Of a stretch of 64,000 nucleotides of DNA, positions 1-11,673 are shown in pieces. The translations under genes and the position numbers were made by a program. Under the pieces are notes generated by a model. It was not told the DNA's origin. It ran no database searches and saw only the letters and a program-made list of their open reading frames with translations. The stretch lies in contig OU015566.1 of the NCBI GenBank assembly GCA_907165135.1, positions 5,270,001 to 5,334,000 on the forward strand, in the 5' to 3' direction. The DNA comes from Oikopleura dioica (lineage: Eukaryota; Animalia; Chordata). Numbering within the stretch: the stretch's first letter is position 1; each line of letters opens with the position of its first letter.

Positions 1-367
1 TCTGTGAAAGAGGGGGCAGGTGTTTTCGAACCCAATTATCGCGCATGATTAGGTGAGGTTCACGACTAGATTAAGGGCGTCTCCTGGCTGAGACTCTCAG
101 TCAAAGACTGAAAATGCAAATTCCATCTCAACTCACGAGCCGTTCGCTTCAACGTGCTACAATTCAAAACGGGAGACAGCTGTTAAAACCGGATCCAGCG
201 GCAAATGTCCGATCACGATTTTCTGCTCGGAGCCGTGGCCACATTAGCGGCTAATTAGGTGATGAGCTCTAACCACGCGGGGCCGACCGCTGGAGATGTT
301 CAATCTCCTCTTTTTAACTTAAATTTTGGCGAAAACAATAATTGGATCCATTTTTGGTGAACCGCTC

Positions 368-3300
368 CTTGAATGGCCATGGAGACGGCCAGCGCGACGG
401 AAGCCAGGCACACTTAATTTGATAAGCTTAGACCAATAGTCACCAATACTGGTCTCCTTACTGGTAAAGGTAGACGTTGTTGTCGTGTGAGCCCAGAGCC
501 AAGTAGTTGCCATCTGGAGAAAATGAAGCTACAGAAATCGGCTCTTTCTTTCCGTCGGCGCCGCGTTGGAGGATTTCCCCGTTTTCTGAAAAAAATAAAA
601 TTAAAATTTTCAGCTAAAAAAACATTAACTGGAGGATCAGAAGCTAAATTCGGATTGCGATAGTCTATGACCGGAAAAAAGCCCGTGCCGCGCCCAAAGT
701 TGAACGATTTAGAAGGTTTAGCGATATTTAGCCACAACGATCTGATAAATATGAAAAAATGGAACATAATTATCCTCCTGGCACGAGCGGCAAATCCGGC
801 TCAAAACATGGGTGCCCATTCTTGTCCCCTGTGTAAGATACATAATCGCCGAGGTCCAAACTTCAAGGCCGAGATTTCAACATTACCGAGTTCTATGATT
901 AGCCATTCGCCCTTCGTCGTTCCCACTGCGGCTATGTTCTCCGTCGGGTGCACTCCAGCGCAGCGGAAGGCCAAGTCTAAAAAGCAAAGCAATTTCAACT
1001 GCGAAAAAGTGAGGCGGATCGGGCAATTACGCAAGCACACGTTGATCTGATTACCGGTTCATGCCTAATCCCCTTTTCTTCGCCGCCCTTTCACAAGTTT
1101 ACGTAACACACGAGTTTGACGATTCCTAACAGGTAAACAGCAATTTCCACTTACTGTATACTTTCGTCCACACGGGCTTGTGGTAGTCCAAGTCCCACAG
1201 CACTACTCGCCCGTCAAAACACGCTTTTTGGGTTGAAAAAATGATACATTTTTAATTATGGTTTTCTCTTGACAGTTTTTGAACCCTTTTGCCTGTAAGA
1301 AACTGACTGTTCTTGGTTTTGGAAGTGGCAAGTCCCCAAAGCGAGTCAAAATGTCCCTAATAAAACCGATAAATGCGACAGTGATGAACTGGTCCGTGAT
1401 TCGGCGTAAAATCGAGAAGCCGCTAACCTGCATAATTGTCGAATATTCTTCTTCGAAATTCATCTTCATGATCGAGTTCTTGGTAGTTCCCACGTAGATA
1501 GTCCCTGAAAACCAATTCAAATTCGAGCAATCGAGAAATTGAACTTGCCATTGCGGCCAAGGACAACACAGCGGCAGCCACCGACGTAGTCTAAAATATT
1601 ATCCGTCAAAATAAAAAAAATCAAAAAAAAGAGAAAAACCTGGAAGTGATGTTTCGTCAAGAACTTCGCCTTCCGGACTCGTGGCCACGATTCTTCCGTC
1701 TTTGCCCCCGCCGGTTATGATGTCGCCTTCAGGGTCGATTTCAATCGAAAAGATTCCGCCTAAATTTGTTGAGATTCTTATTTTCAAACAAACAGATGAG
1801 CTTTTAACCGATATTTTCGGCAAACATCGGAAATCAAATGAAAATTCGGGCAACACTGGTAATGTCGCCGAATGTCGCTGAATGTCGCCGAATGTCGCAA
1901 AAAATGCTATTTTTTGAACAAAAACACGAAAATGGCGACATTCGGCGACATTTGGGGACATAACCAGGGGAAAATCCGTGAAGTACCTTGGTGAACATTT
2001 GAAATGCAGAAATTCGTCTGGTTTCCACTCCATCCGACGACAGCTCCGTTCGAGTCGCCAGTTAGTAAATCTCCAGAGGGCTAAAACGATTTACCAAAAG
2101 TTTAATTCGAAAAACGTACAGTATAAACTGCGGAAGTGACAAACTTCGGCTTCTCGACGTTGCCAAAGACGCCAGATTTTTTGGCGATTTTTTCTTTTTC
2201 GAAGGAGACGAAAATCACGTGGTTGCGGCCATAAACGACCAGACGCTTCGCTTTGCCCGGATGTGGCGTCACTCCCAAGATTTGGTCCTTGGTGATTTTT
2301 CCTTCTTGGAGCTAAATAAACAAGTGAATAGAAATTGACAATGGTCCTTGCCTTCTCGGGCGGCGACGCTTCGTCTTCGGAAATCGCCCAAATTCGGAGA
2401 ACATGATCACTGCTGTCGTCAGTCGCAAACAAGTGTGCGCCCAGATCGGCTCGTGAAAACGCCAAAGAAACCACTTGTTTATCTGTTTCCAGGGATACTA
2501 CCTTTTTGACTATTTTTTTTGGAAAATAATCAAATTCCGACGAAAAACGCACACCTAATATTTCTTTTTCAGTGCTCTCAATTCTTAAATGCGGCCTCAG
2601 AAACCTGTGTAGAAAACCTATGTCAGGGTCTGAATGGAAAGCCTCGTAGCGGCTTTTTCAAAATACAAAGCCATAAAGATTCTAAAAATCCGCAAAACGG
2701 CTTTTCATTCACCTAACTCTTTCAGACCCCTGACTCAGGCTTTCTTCGGAGGTTGCCGAGTCGAGCCTTAATAATTCTACCCGAAAAAGAAAGAGATTTG
2801 GCAGCTGGGAAGAAATTAATGGAGCCGCCTTGTGAGATGAAAAATTTCATGCGCGGTTGAATGCGATCTTCGGGTGCTTAGAGAGCGCGAATTTCAATAA
2901 AAATCCGCTTATTGCACATTTCGGCGCAAGAAATTACGAGTGGGATAATATTAAAGCTCACGTACAAGGGCACGGAGAAAACTGTGATAACTTAAACTGA
3001 TAACTCGATAAAAATGGGCTTTTCTCACGTTTGAAAACGGTGATATTTTTGCGAAATCAAAAATAACCAAAGAAAAAACAAATTTTGTAAGGTTGTCTAT
3101 CCCTGGCGAAAGCATCGTTTATAACGTGAAAGGTCTCGAGAGTGTTGTAGTTCCAGAGGCGAATGTGTGGCGGTCGCGTGACACCGTTGCCGTTGCCCGC
3201 ACATTGACCTGAAAAGAGGACGTTCCAAGTAGCGCTTTTTCCGTAGTTCTGGCGAAAAACTGCGATCGTCTGACTTACCAGTGGCGACAAGGCATCGCGA

Positions 3301-4830
3301 AGGGTCTGGATGCAAGGCAAGGCATTTGATGTCGTCGGTGTGTTCCAGATAGTGCCGCTGGTACTTATATTCAGATTTCAACTTATTATCAAAAGAGAGA
3401 CCCCTAAATTTAGGGCCGTAATAGTTTCTTAGTCGAAAATTTAGTTTTTTAAAACAGCTTATTCCAAAAACCCTGACTATTAAAGAAACGCAAATCTGCG
3501 CATCAAAAAGGCTTGGACTCGGCAACCTGTGTAGAAAACCTGAGTTAGGGTTCTTAAAGAGTTAAATGAAAAGTCGCGTTTTAACCCTTACTCAGGTTTT
3601 CTTCTCAGATTGCCGAGCTCAGAAATAGGCCTTTTCTCGTCTGAGAATCTCGTCGCAATAGAATGTGTTTATCTTTTGAAATCTTCCCTGCTTGGTTGGG
3701 CACAAAATAACTGCCACCGCCGCTGTAAAATAAATCAGCTCGTCCGAGTCTTCGTTTGACTGCGCCGGGTTTCCTCCCTTCGCCGAAACAACACGCCGCG
3801 AAAGAGAAAGGAGGAATCCGTTCCTTGGGAAGGAGAAAAATATTGTTACGGCAGTCTTTGCCACGGTACCCGTAAACCCAGGATAAGTCCAACGTTGTTT
3901 CTGGAAGGCGGCTCGCTCCTTTTCAAGAGTTTAGCGAACGCGCCCATTCGAGAAATCATAATTTCAGTGGCGAAGCGGTTTTAACGGACTCAACCAATTA
4001 AATATTGAAGTTCATTTTTGGATTACCAATAAGATTGCTGTATTTGGCCTACCAGCCAATCAAAACGCTTATTCATAAAATCACTTCCTGAAATTGGTTT
4101 AACCCGTTTTAACTGGGAATTTTCTAGATTTTCATTCTAGATTTTAATTCTAGATTTTTTGTGCTAGAATCTTGATTCAATTTCGGGGAATATCGGAGAA
4201 GTCCTGTTTCCAGCTAAAGATGCTTATTTTCGTGATGAAGGGCTATTTATTCTTATTCTTGCAAATGATGATTTAAAAAGTGCAGCTCAATTTGAGAATG
4301 CAAGAGAGTGGTAGAAATTTCAACTGGAAAAGTCGCGCCTCTTGAATTTGCGTCCCCACTAATGCTCCATTTTACGTAAAGCGATTATCCACCGAAAGTG
4401 TTGAAGAGTCTTTAGCGCTGGAAAACGCGTTTTCTCGAAACAGAACGCTCGATCTGAAATTTCTGATTCTCGCCCGGTTTTTGTTTTCTGAAGGCGACGA
4501 TTCCCCGCGAGAATGAAAATCCGGCTCATCCGGCTCAGTGGGCAGCCAACTTTGGATCAGGAATCAGTTTCCTGGAGATTATGAGCGCTGACGATGGACA
4601 GAATCATCAATAAAAATTCAAAAGTCAAAAATCGCAAATTACATTTCTGAGAGTAACTTTAGATCAGGCCTATTTGTTTCGACTTGCGTGGCGGGCTAGG
4701 GCTAATTTTGATAAACTCGTCCCTTTTGGATCGTAATCCTCGGGCACATGGTGCACGATCGGTCGCCCTCGGAGGAAGAACCGAAGCGTCTTATCCGCCT
4801 CGTTATATTGAAACTGCTTCGCTCTGAATT
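368..4830 (-). CDS. EML: Echinoderm microtubule-associated protein-like (EML/EMAP) gene, multi-exon; 3' end continues off the left edge of the window and the 5' start is not resolved
   Basis: Manual splicing gives RFFLRGRP (about 4720-4830), the HELP motif DLSWVYGYRGKDCRNN (3892-3824), RHYLEHTDDIKCLALHP, KKSGVFGNVEKPKFVTS, GIFSIEIDPEGDIITGGGKDGRIV, VVLWDLDYHKPVW, CAGVHPTENIAAVGTTKGEWLIIE, SFSPDGNYLALGSHDNNVYLY and GRLHGHS. All match EML family HELP/WD40 motifs. Non-canonical donors at 3823 (GA), 3687 (GG), 2351 (GC) and 367 (GA). Confidence 0.93.
1854..1969. repeat. 10-bp tandem repeat (AATGTCGCCG x4) followed by inverted copies inside an EML intron
   Basis: aatgtcgccg/aatgtcgctg/aatgtcgccg/aatgtcgcaa at 1861-1900; reverse-complement units ggcgacattcggcgacattt at about 1934-1953; imperfect inverted ends cactggtaatgtc / gacataaccaggg. 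Confidence 0.75.
2592..2768. repeat. Short imperfect palindromic (MITE-like) element, copy A, in an EML intron
   Basis: Arms of about 45 bp (cctcagaaacctgtgtagaaaacctatgtcagggtctgaa ... ttcagacccctgactcaggctttcttcggaggttgccgagtcgagcct); shares an identical 18-mer aacctgtgtagaaaacct with copy B. Confidence 0.65.
3509..3622. repeat. Short imperfect palindromic (MITE-like) element, copy B, in the GG-AG EML intron
   Basis: Arms ctcggcaacctgtgtagaaaacctgagttagggtt ... aacccttactcaggttttcttctcagattgccgag; same family as 2592-2768. Confidence 0.65.
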
Positions 4831-6121
4831 TTTTGTTAATATTTAAATCAAGATAATGGTTTTAGGGAAGAAAACATTACTCTACGCTCTGCAGCCCCTG
4901 TCTAAAACTTCAGTCATTTTCTTTTTTTTTCACCCGAAATGGATTGCTCGCGAATCTTACTTTTTATTCGAGTTTTTCGGCGGCATGTTTCAGCTAAGTT
5001 GATTTGAAGACGGTTAAGCTTGCTCTCTTTTCTATCTCTCGTGGGAGAAGACTGACTGACGATGCAAAAAAGCTCGAGCAGCGATTGAGCATCATCAATA
5101 ATGAGTGCCGGCGCCAGACACCAGCTGGTCTTTTTGTCATTTTCCGAGCATCATTACGAATGCATCGCGCCGGAACGAAATGAACATCCTTTGCCTCCTC
5201 CTCTTCAGGGAAAATCACTGAGCGAACAAGGACATAAGTGCTTTTTGGTTTTTTATCGCTTTTGGCTACGTCTTGCTTTTGGTGCGAACCTCTTCAGCAC
5301 CTTTGATAACACGCACTTCTCATTACCACTCTTTCATTCTCACCCATTCGGAATGGGCCATTCCGGAGTCAACGAAAATCTCAAGATTGCTCAAACTGCA
5401 AAAACGTAATAAGGAATATGACAAACGATTGAGACAACCTTGTTCTTATGCGTACTACGGCGTACCTAAGGTCACCTTAGGCTAAGGTTTTGGTAAACCC
5501 GACCTAACCTGACCGAGTCGGTTCCGATTCTAGATTCGATGATCCTAAGCATTCACAAGGTTGTCAAGAAGCAGAATAATATTCCGTGAATACTGTTCTC
5601 AAGAATCACCAAGAAATTTGGAAATGATAGAACTGAAGCCTGTGTTTATCCTTTTTCTCGTTTTGAACATGTTGTTCCACGACATAACTCTGTTTTTGGA
5701 TTAGCAGCAGTGCTAGCTGGGCTACTCGCGCCAAAAATAAAATAAATCCGATTATGAAAACACTCCTATTACATTTTACACCGACGTACAAAATAGAGGC
5801 GACAAAAACTGCTTTGATTGTGACGTGGTCGGACATGATTTCGAAATCAGGCCATTTATTGCAGTAGATTAACGAGCAAAAACTACAGGAATAAGGAGTG
5901 AACTGTGATTTGCAGGACGCCCGATTCGGCGGCTTCTAAATTCTGGTGAACATCTTGTGGTCGATAGTTTTTGTTCGCCGTGAAATTTGCTGTCTTTCGA
6001 TGAGTCTGATTTAGCGCCAAAACCATCACTGCGGCCGGATAATTATATACAGACTTTTATATTAATCAATTGAACTTTCGAAAATTTGAATATTTACAAT
6101 TTCAATTTTTCTTCTCTCCTC

Positions 6122-6600
6122 CTAAGAAACAATTTTAGCTGTTTCACTTTGACTCTCTTTTTGTTTCTCTTCTCGGCCAGAATCTGGGGCATTTTCCCGC
6201 ACAAATTTACCAATATCAGCATTTTTCTTCTGAATCTCGGTTTCCATATTCGCTTTTTGATTTTGAACCCGTTCGATCAATTTATCTTTTGTTTCTAACA
6301 AGAGTTGCTCAGTACTCTCGTGCTTTCCATGTCTTCTTTTAGCAGCGAAGTGCCTGAAGATTTGCCGTTCCCATTTTCCCTTTTTCGGTACATTTTTCAG
6401 TTCCCCGATTTCTTTCATTACCTTATCCTTTTCATCGTTAATTGAAACAACTTTCTCTTCTAGTGCCATACATGTTACATGTATCTTAGTAGGAACTAGA
6501 CTCTCTGTTTCTTCGATACTTGAATCGACATCATTTTTACAGATGTAGTTGAAGAAGATATTTAAGATTCCTTCTTGAGAAAAAATGAGAGATTTCGGAA
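6122..6600 (-). CDS. Hypothetical coiled-coil protein exon (gene boundaries unresolved)
   Basis: The listed 115-aa E/K/Q-rich ORF (ETKDKLIERVQNQKANMETEIQKKN) stays open upstream to about 6600 without an ATG; no recognisable domain. Confidence 0.4.
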
Positions 6601-7101
6601 AGTGAAATTTTTATTAACTTAAATCTAAGTTTGTTGACTTTTATCCTTATTTCGTATTTTAAAATGACACTGGAAAAGAGACCAATATCTTATTGCAGAT
6701 ATGGAAGAGGAATAAGAATCTTCGAAATTCTCAGAAGAACCAGAGTTTGCGCAAATCGTCAGATCAGCAAAAGGTATGCTTGGTGCACGGAGTCCGCTGA
6801 CGCTGATGTTGATGGTGCTGCGCCTGGCTTTGGTGGCACCTCTCGCGCGGCACCGTGGCGGCGCGGCGCTAGCGAGCGCTATTATAAAACCTGCACTGAT
6901 AGGAGAATGATCAATTCTGACTTTGGACGCATCGCCGAGTTACACAACGGGGTCGACACGCACAAAACCCGCAGTCCTTACTTTTTGAAGGTAGTTTTTC
7001 TTGCTTCGAGAGAAAGAGAGTCTAACGAGTTCTTCAGAAATAAAAAGACAAAAACGCTGATACAAGCGCCAAGGACGAAAGCAAAACATTTTAACTCAAA
7101 G

Positions 7102-9047
7102 ATGAAGCTCCTACAGATTCTCGCCCTCGGAGTCTCCTCCATGGAGCTCCCACGGGTCAGCAGCCTGAACAAGAGATCAACCGAAGACGGTAAGAAAACA
7201 TCCCCCAAAACGAGATGACTTTGAGTAATGATTTCAGTGCTCAAACATTTGCCCCGCATGATACGAGATACTCGTGATTATGATGACGAAGACGACGATC
7301 CAGCTTTTGAACTTCGCGGCGAATCGCCAATGATGACAGAGGAACAAATTCAGGCTTCTGAAGAATTGTACAACTCCTACATCGCTGATCCCAACATCCA
7401 GAACACTCCATTCAAGGTGAGTCATTGAAACTGGAATCTCTCGTTTTTCAAAAAATATTACTAAAAACTAACAGAGGAAACTCCCGTTGATTCTCCCTTA
7501 AAAATCTTTATCTAGCCAATGGACTCGTTCGTCTCAGAAATTTTCGACAACAAGCGAGACGATCCCGTCGCCCTTCCAGAAGAAATCGGCCTCCGAGCTG
7601 ATCGATCCTCTCAGGAATTCAAGCGATTCCTCGACCGAAACCCCTCTGGTCTCGCCAAGATCAGCCTTCCACCAAACCTTCTCTCTGATCTCTACGATCC
7701 AGTCTACGAAGAAGGACCTCTGCTCTGCAAAAAGGTGAGAAACGCGATTCCAATCATTTTTGACGATTCTTTCAGTCGAGATCCGCTTCCGAGCGCGGAA
7801 TCGGCGCCGGTGAACAGCCAATCCACATCAAACCAATCGGCTGCTGCCCAAATCACGAAGATGGAAAGCCATTCGGCCCCGGAAAAGCCTGTTGCTGCGG
7901 ACACGTCTACAATACCACCAGCCACTTCTGCTGCGACGAGTCCGCCGGCCAGTGCACCGACGGCAGCTGGCACATTTACGAAAACACGGAACAGAACAAG
8001 CGAAAGTGCTGGAAGTCGCAGACCTGCGTCACCGAGCCCACCACCAACATCGTCGAGCTCAGCTGCACCAACAGCGTCTACCACGGCTCCACTTGCGACT
8101 TCACCTGCCCCACTGGTGAGTTTTTCTTTGTTTGACAGGCGCGCGCCGCCGTGTTTGGATTTTCGCAGTTATTAGCTTCACGCCCTTGAATTTGATTTGC
8201 AACACCTCGGCCCTTCCTCTCTGACTAGACTTTTTTTCTAATCATTCTTCTAGGATTCGATCTTGCCGGTATCGACCAGGCCTCTTGCGATCCGAAGACT
8301 GGCGACTGGACCAACATTTTCGGCCAAACAGTCGAAGAAACTCCCTGCTGCAAGCGAAAGTGCGACACCAAAGATCCCAACTACAAGCTCGACTTCTTCA
8401 TTATTCTCGATCAGTCCTCTTCGATCGGCGACGAGAATTTCCAGAAAATGAAGAATTTCGTTATCAACCTGTTGATGCAGTCGAATCTCGGCCAGCATGG
8501 TGTCCGAGTTGGCTTGATCACTTACAACCGACGGCCAACTCTTCGATTCCACATGAACGAAATGGAAAACCACCAACAAGCCATCAACGCTGTCGATTCG
8601 ATCGTTTACGAAGGTGAGTAGACTTCCCAAACTGACTTATTTTTGAAACACTTTCACAAGGACGAGGAACGAACACCGGCGCCGCCATCAAGTGGGTTGT
8701 CGAGAACGCCTTCCGCCCCGAGTTTGGTGATCGACCAGAAGTCCCCAACAAGGTTACCCTACTTTCCTCCGATTTCCCCTTCAACCTGCTTCTAGGTTCT
8801 CCTTATTACCGACGGTCGAGCCCGAGATCCACCAGTGCTCAAGGTCCAGTCCGGCCGCCTCCAGGAGCAGTCGACCGTCTACGCCCTCGGCATCGGCAAG
8901 CAGATCGACTACGTCGAACTCAACCGAATCGCCTCAGATCCCTCCGAGCGACACGTCCTCTACGTCGACAACTTCAGCTTCCTCGAGCGAGCCTTCCAAA
9001 AGCCCACTTTGTCTAGCATTTTCTGCGACGAAGTCTGCCTCAAATAA
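7102..9047 (+). CDS. Secreted Cys-rich + Sushi/CCP + von Willebrand factor A protein
   Basis: Signal-like MKLLQILALGVSS. GT-AG introns link an acidic segment, CCPNHEDGKPFGPGKACCCGHVYNTTSHFCC (galaxin-like di-Cys motif), a Sushi domain CVTEPTT...GSTCDFTCPTGFDLAGIDQASCDPKTGDW, and a VWA domain DFFIILDQSSSIG...GRGTNTGAAI...LLITDG...YALGIG. Stop TAA at 9045-9047. Confidence 0.85.
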
Positions 9048-10132
9048 TTTCCCGGCCTCTTTTTTCGCTCGTCACAGACTTTCTTCAAATCGAACCTTCG
9101 CGGTTTGAACCACGAAAACCCTTATTATTTAAAAATTAATTGAAATTCTCATTTTCGGAAGCCTCGAGGGGCCACTCCGCGTTATAGCGCTGATTGCGAA
9201 TGGGGTTGAAGCGTTTTTACGTTTTGATTTTTACAACGTTCCGTGAACGAAAAAGGTCCAAAAGTTGGAGGCTAAGACCTCGTCCAGAAATGTGGGACCC
9301 AAAGGGGGTGGCCTCGGCCAGGTCAAACTTTTTGCTCGGTCCAAAGTCGAACTTTTCGAAAGCGACATTTCGACGTAACCCTACTCACCGGCTTTTCCAC
9401 GCTTTAGGCGTTCAGTTCTTGTTCTAGAATTTTCGGTAAAAACTTTTTCCCTCCTTTCGGGTTAGGCTATCGTAACTCTGTAAATAACCAGTTTAACTTT
9501 CGTTGCAGTACTCTAAAATGCTCAAAACTGTCAATTTTAAACTCGCAATTTTTCTCGCAACTTTTCGCGTATCGAAAGAAGACACCACTAGATATTCTTA
9601 GATACAGTAGCTACAGTAATGTTATGTACAGCTTGCAAACTACCAAACTTGCCATTTCAATTTTCTTGCGTGGAAAAATTTCCGCCAAGAAATCGTCGTG
9701 TGGACCGATAAGGACCAACGATCAGAAGCCTTCAAAAGGGATGAAAACGCCCTTATTTCCGCTGAGCCCAAACGATTGAAGAAATGATGCTCCAGCCGTC
9801 GCTCAAAGTGCCACGAGACTTTGAAATAAAATTTTTCGCTTTTGAGGGAAGGATCAAAGCGAATCTGTAAATACGAAAATCACGCGAAAGAAAATCTTGT
9901 GCAAATCCAAGATTTTCTTTTACCCATTGTGCTATAAAATAAACCTTGCTTTACGAAACCAAATTATTCTTTTCAAAAATTATTTTTACGAGCAAAAACT
10001 CGCCATTGAAAGCGCCGCCCTCGCAAAGCGCCTATTCTATCGATCCTTTTGGGACGCTCGGCGGGCTCAATCGTTTTCTCGCAAAAAAAACAAAAGAATT
10101 TTTCAAATAAAAAAATGTAAAGAGATCTAGAA

Positions 10133-10891
10133 ATGGCAAAATCAAGCGAGCTTGACAGGAGATCGGTTATTTTCTGGACTTGGGTTCTGTTTCTCGTCTC
10201 GATTCTGTACTTTTTGTTCGCAGGGGGAGCACTCGGCTACAATGCTTGGTGGCTGGATGAGTACAGGCAAGTTTGATAAATTGAAAGTGTTACTTCAGAA
10301 AATTTTAAATTCTGGTCGTCTTTGAGGACTTTGCCTGTTTATAGTGCAGTCATCATTTCAATTTTGATGAAATTCGTTAGCTAAGAAATCTCTCACAACC
10401 TTTTCAGATTTTCGGTGGATAAAGAGCTGCCAATCGTGGAAATTGTGTATTTTTGCACGTCCGTGTGCAATTTCGCGCTCAGCATCGTCGGAATTATTGT
10501 CGTCGTTCACCTAATGCTCAAGCGCAAGTCCAGAATTACGCTGCAAGCGTATGGGCTCGTTGTTAGCGTGGCATTGGTAATTTCCGTCGTTTTATCCTCC
10601 GCGATGGTCATTCTGGACAATGTCGCAAGTACGTTTTCCCGATTATTTGTCTCTTTAAAAAGATGCTTTTCAGAAGTTTTGGCGCGGATCGAGGGAATCG
10701 CCCACCAAAACCCCGAAAACTACTTTGTCAAGTCCCCGTCCGAGCAGTTCTTTTACACAATCGTCATTCTGCCGCTCGGACACGCGCTTTTCTTTTCTGT
10801 CATTTCCGGGCTAGCGCTGGGACTCAACACAAGAATTCATAAAATAAAGAAGATCGAAATACTTGAGAAGCAGCTTCACCTTCCATTTTAA
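10133..10891 (+). CDS. Small four-transmembrane protein of unknown family
   Basis: Three exons (10133-10266, GC-AG intron 10267-10407, second short GT-AG intron at about 10630-10673) give four hydrophobic spans: VIFWTWVLFLVSILYFLFAGGALG, IVYFCTSVCNFALSIVGIIVVVHLML, AYGLVVSVALVISVVLSSAMVIL, FFYTIVILPLGHALFFSVISGLALGL. Confidence 0.7.
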
Positions 10892-11673
10892 AAAGGATTC
10901 TGTAAATAAACATTTAATATTCCGACAAAACAACTCAACAGTGTTTTCCTTTTTGAGACAATTTAATTTCATTTTTGGATGCAGAAAGTTCGCGTCACTG
11001 ACCATGTCGAACTTGACAAAACGGACAAGCGCGAGTGGGTTAATGCTTTTTAGGAAAGTTGGCCTGTCGGATTTGCCCCGCCGGAAGCAGAAAAAGCGTC
11101 TTATGCTCGAAGTGAACTCTTCTGTCGCAGAGCCGTATGTGAACTTCTTGGCTATTTTTCGAGGAAAGTGCTGGCTCAGATGCTCGAATCTTCGAAAAGG
11201 CACGCAAAGCGCCTTGTTCAAAAAAGACTTCAAATTTTAAGGCTATTATCATGCGACTTTGAGCGCTGGAATCTTATTTAAAATACGTCAGCCTGGAATA
11301 AAATCATCAAAGTGACTAGAATTTCGATGCAATCATGAAGAAACACATCTATAAAATATTTTCCGTTTTCTTCCCTCTAATTTTTTTTGATCTAGATTCG
11401 CGCCCAAATTGCCTCGAAATGCTGAAAATAATGAAATTTTAATTTCACAATTTGAAATTTAATTATTTTTGCAAAACCTGCGTTCTTTGCAGGTTCGAAA
11501 AAATATTCATTTTCACACAAATTGTATTCTTCCTTGATGTCCAATTCAGCTGATTCGGCTTTTTTAACAAGGTCTGAAAACATTTTCGAAAAAAACCTTT
11601 GCGTTATTTTTAGACAACAATCAAATTTGTTTCTTTGTTAATTTATTTGCAAGGGATGCTGTAAAAGTAGATT

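Noticed and set aside
319-400. Apparent frameshift or degeneration of EML after GHS
   Set aside because: Explained by a GA-donor intron starting at 367 (CAAG|GAGCGG); the next exon is probably outside the window.
4120-4165. Three copies of TTCTAGATTTT
   Set aside because: Trivial slippage repeat in an intron.
5465-5512. Near-perfect 17-bp palindrome CCTAAGGTCACCTTAGG and adjacent ACCTAACC-like motif
   Set aside because: Too short to assign as an element end or a nuclear-receptor site without further evidence.
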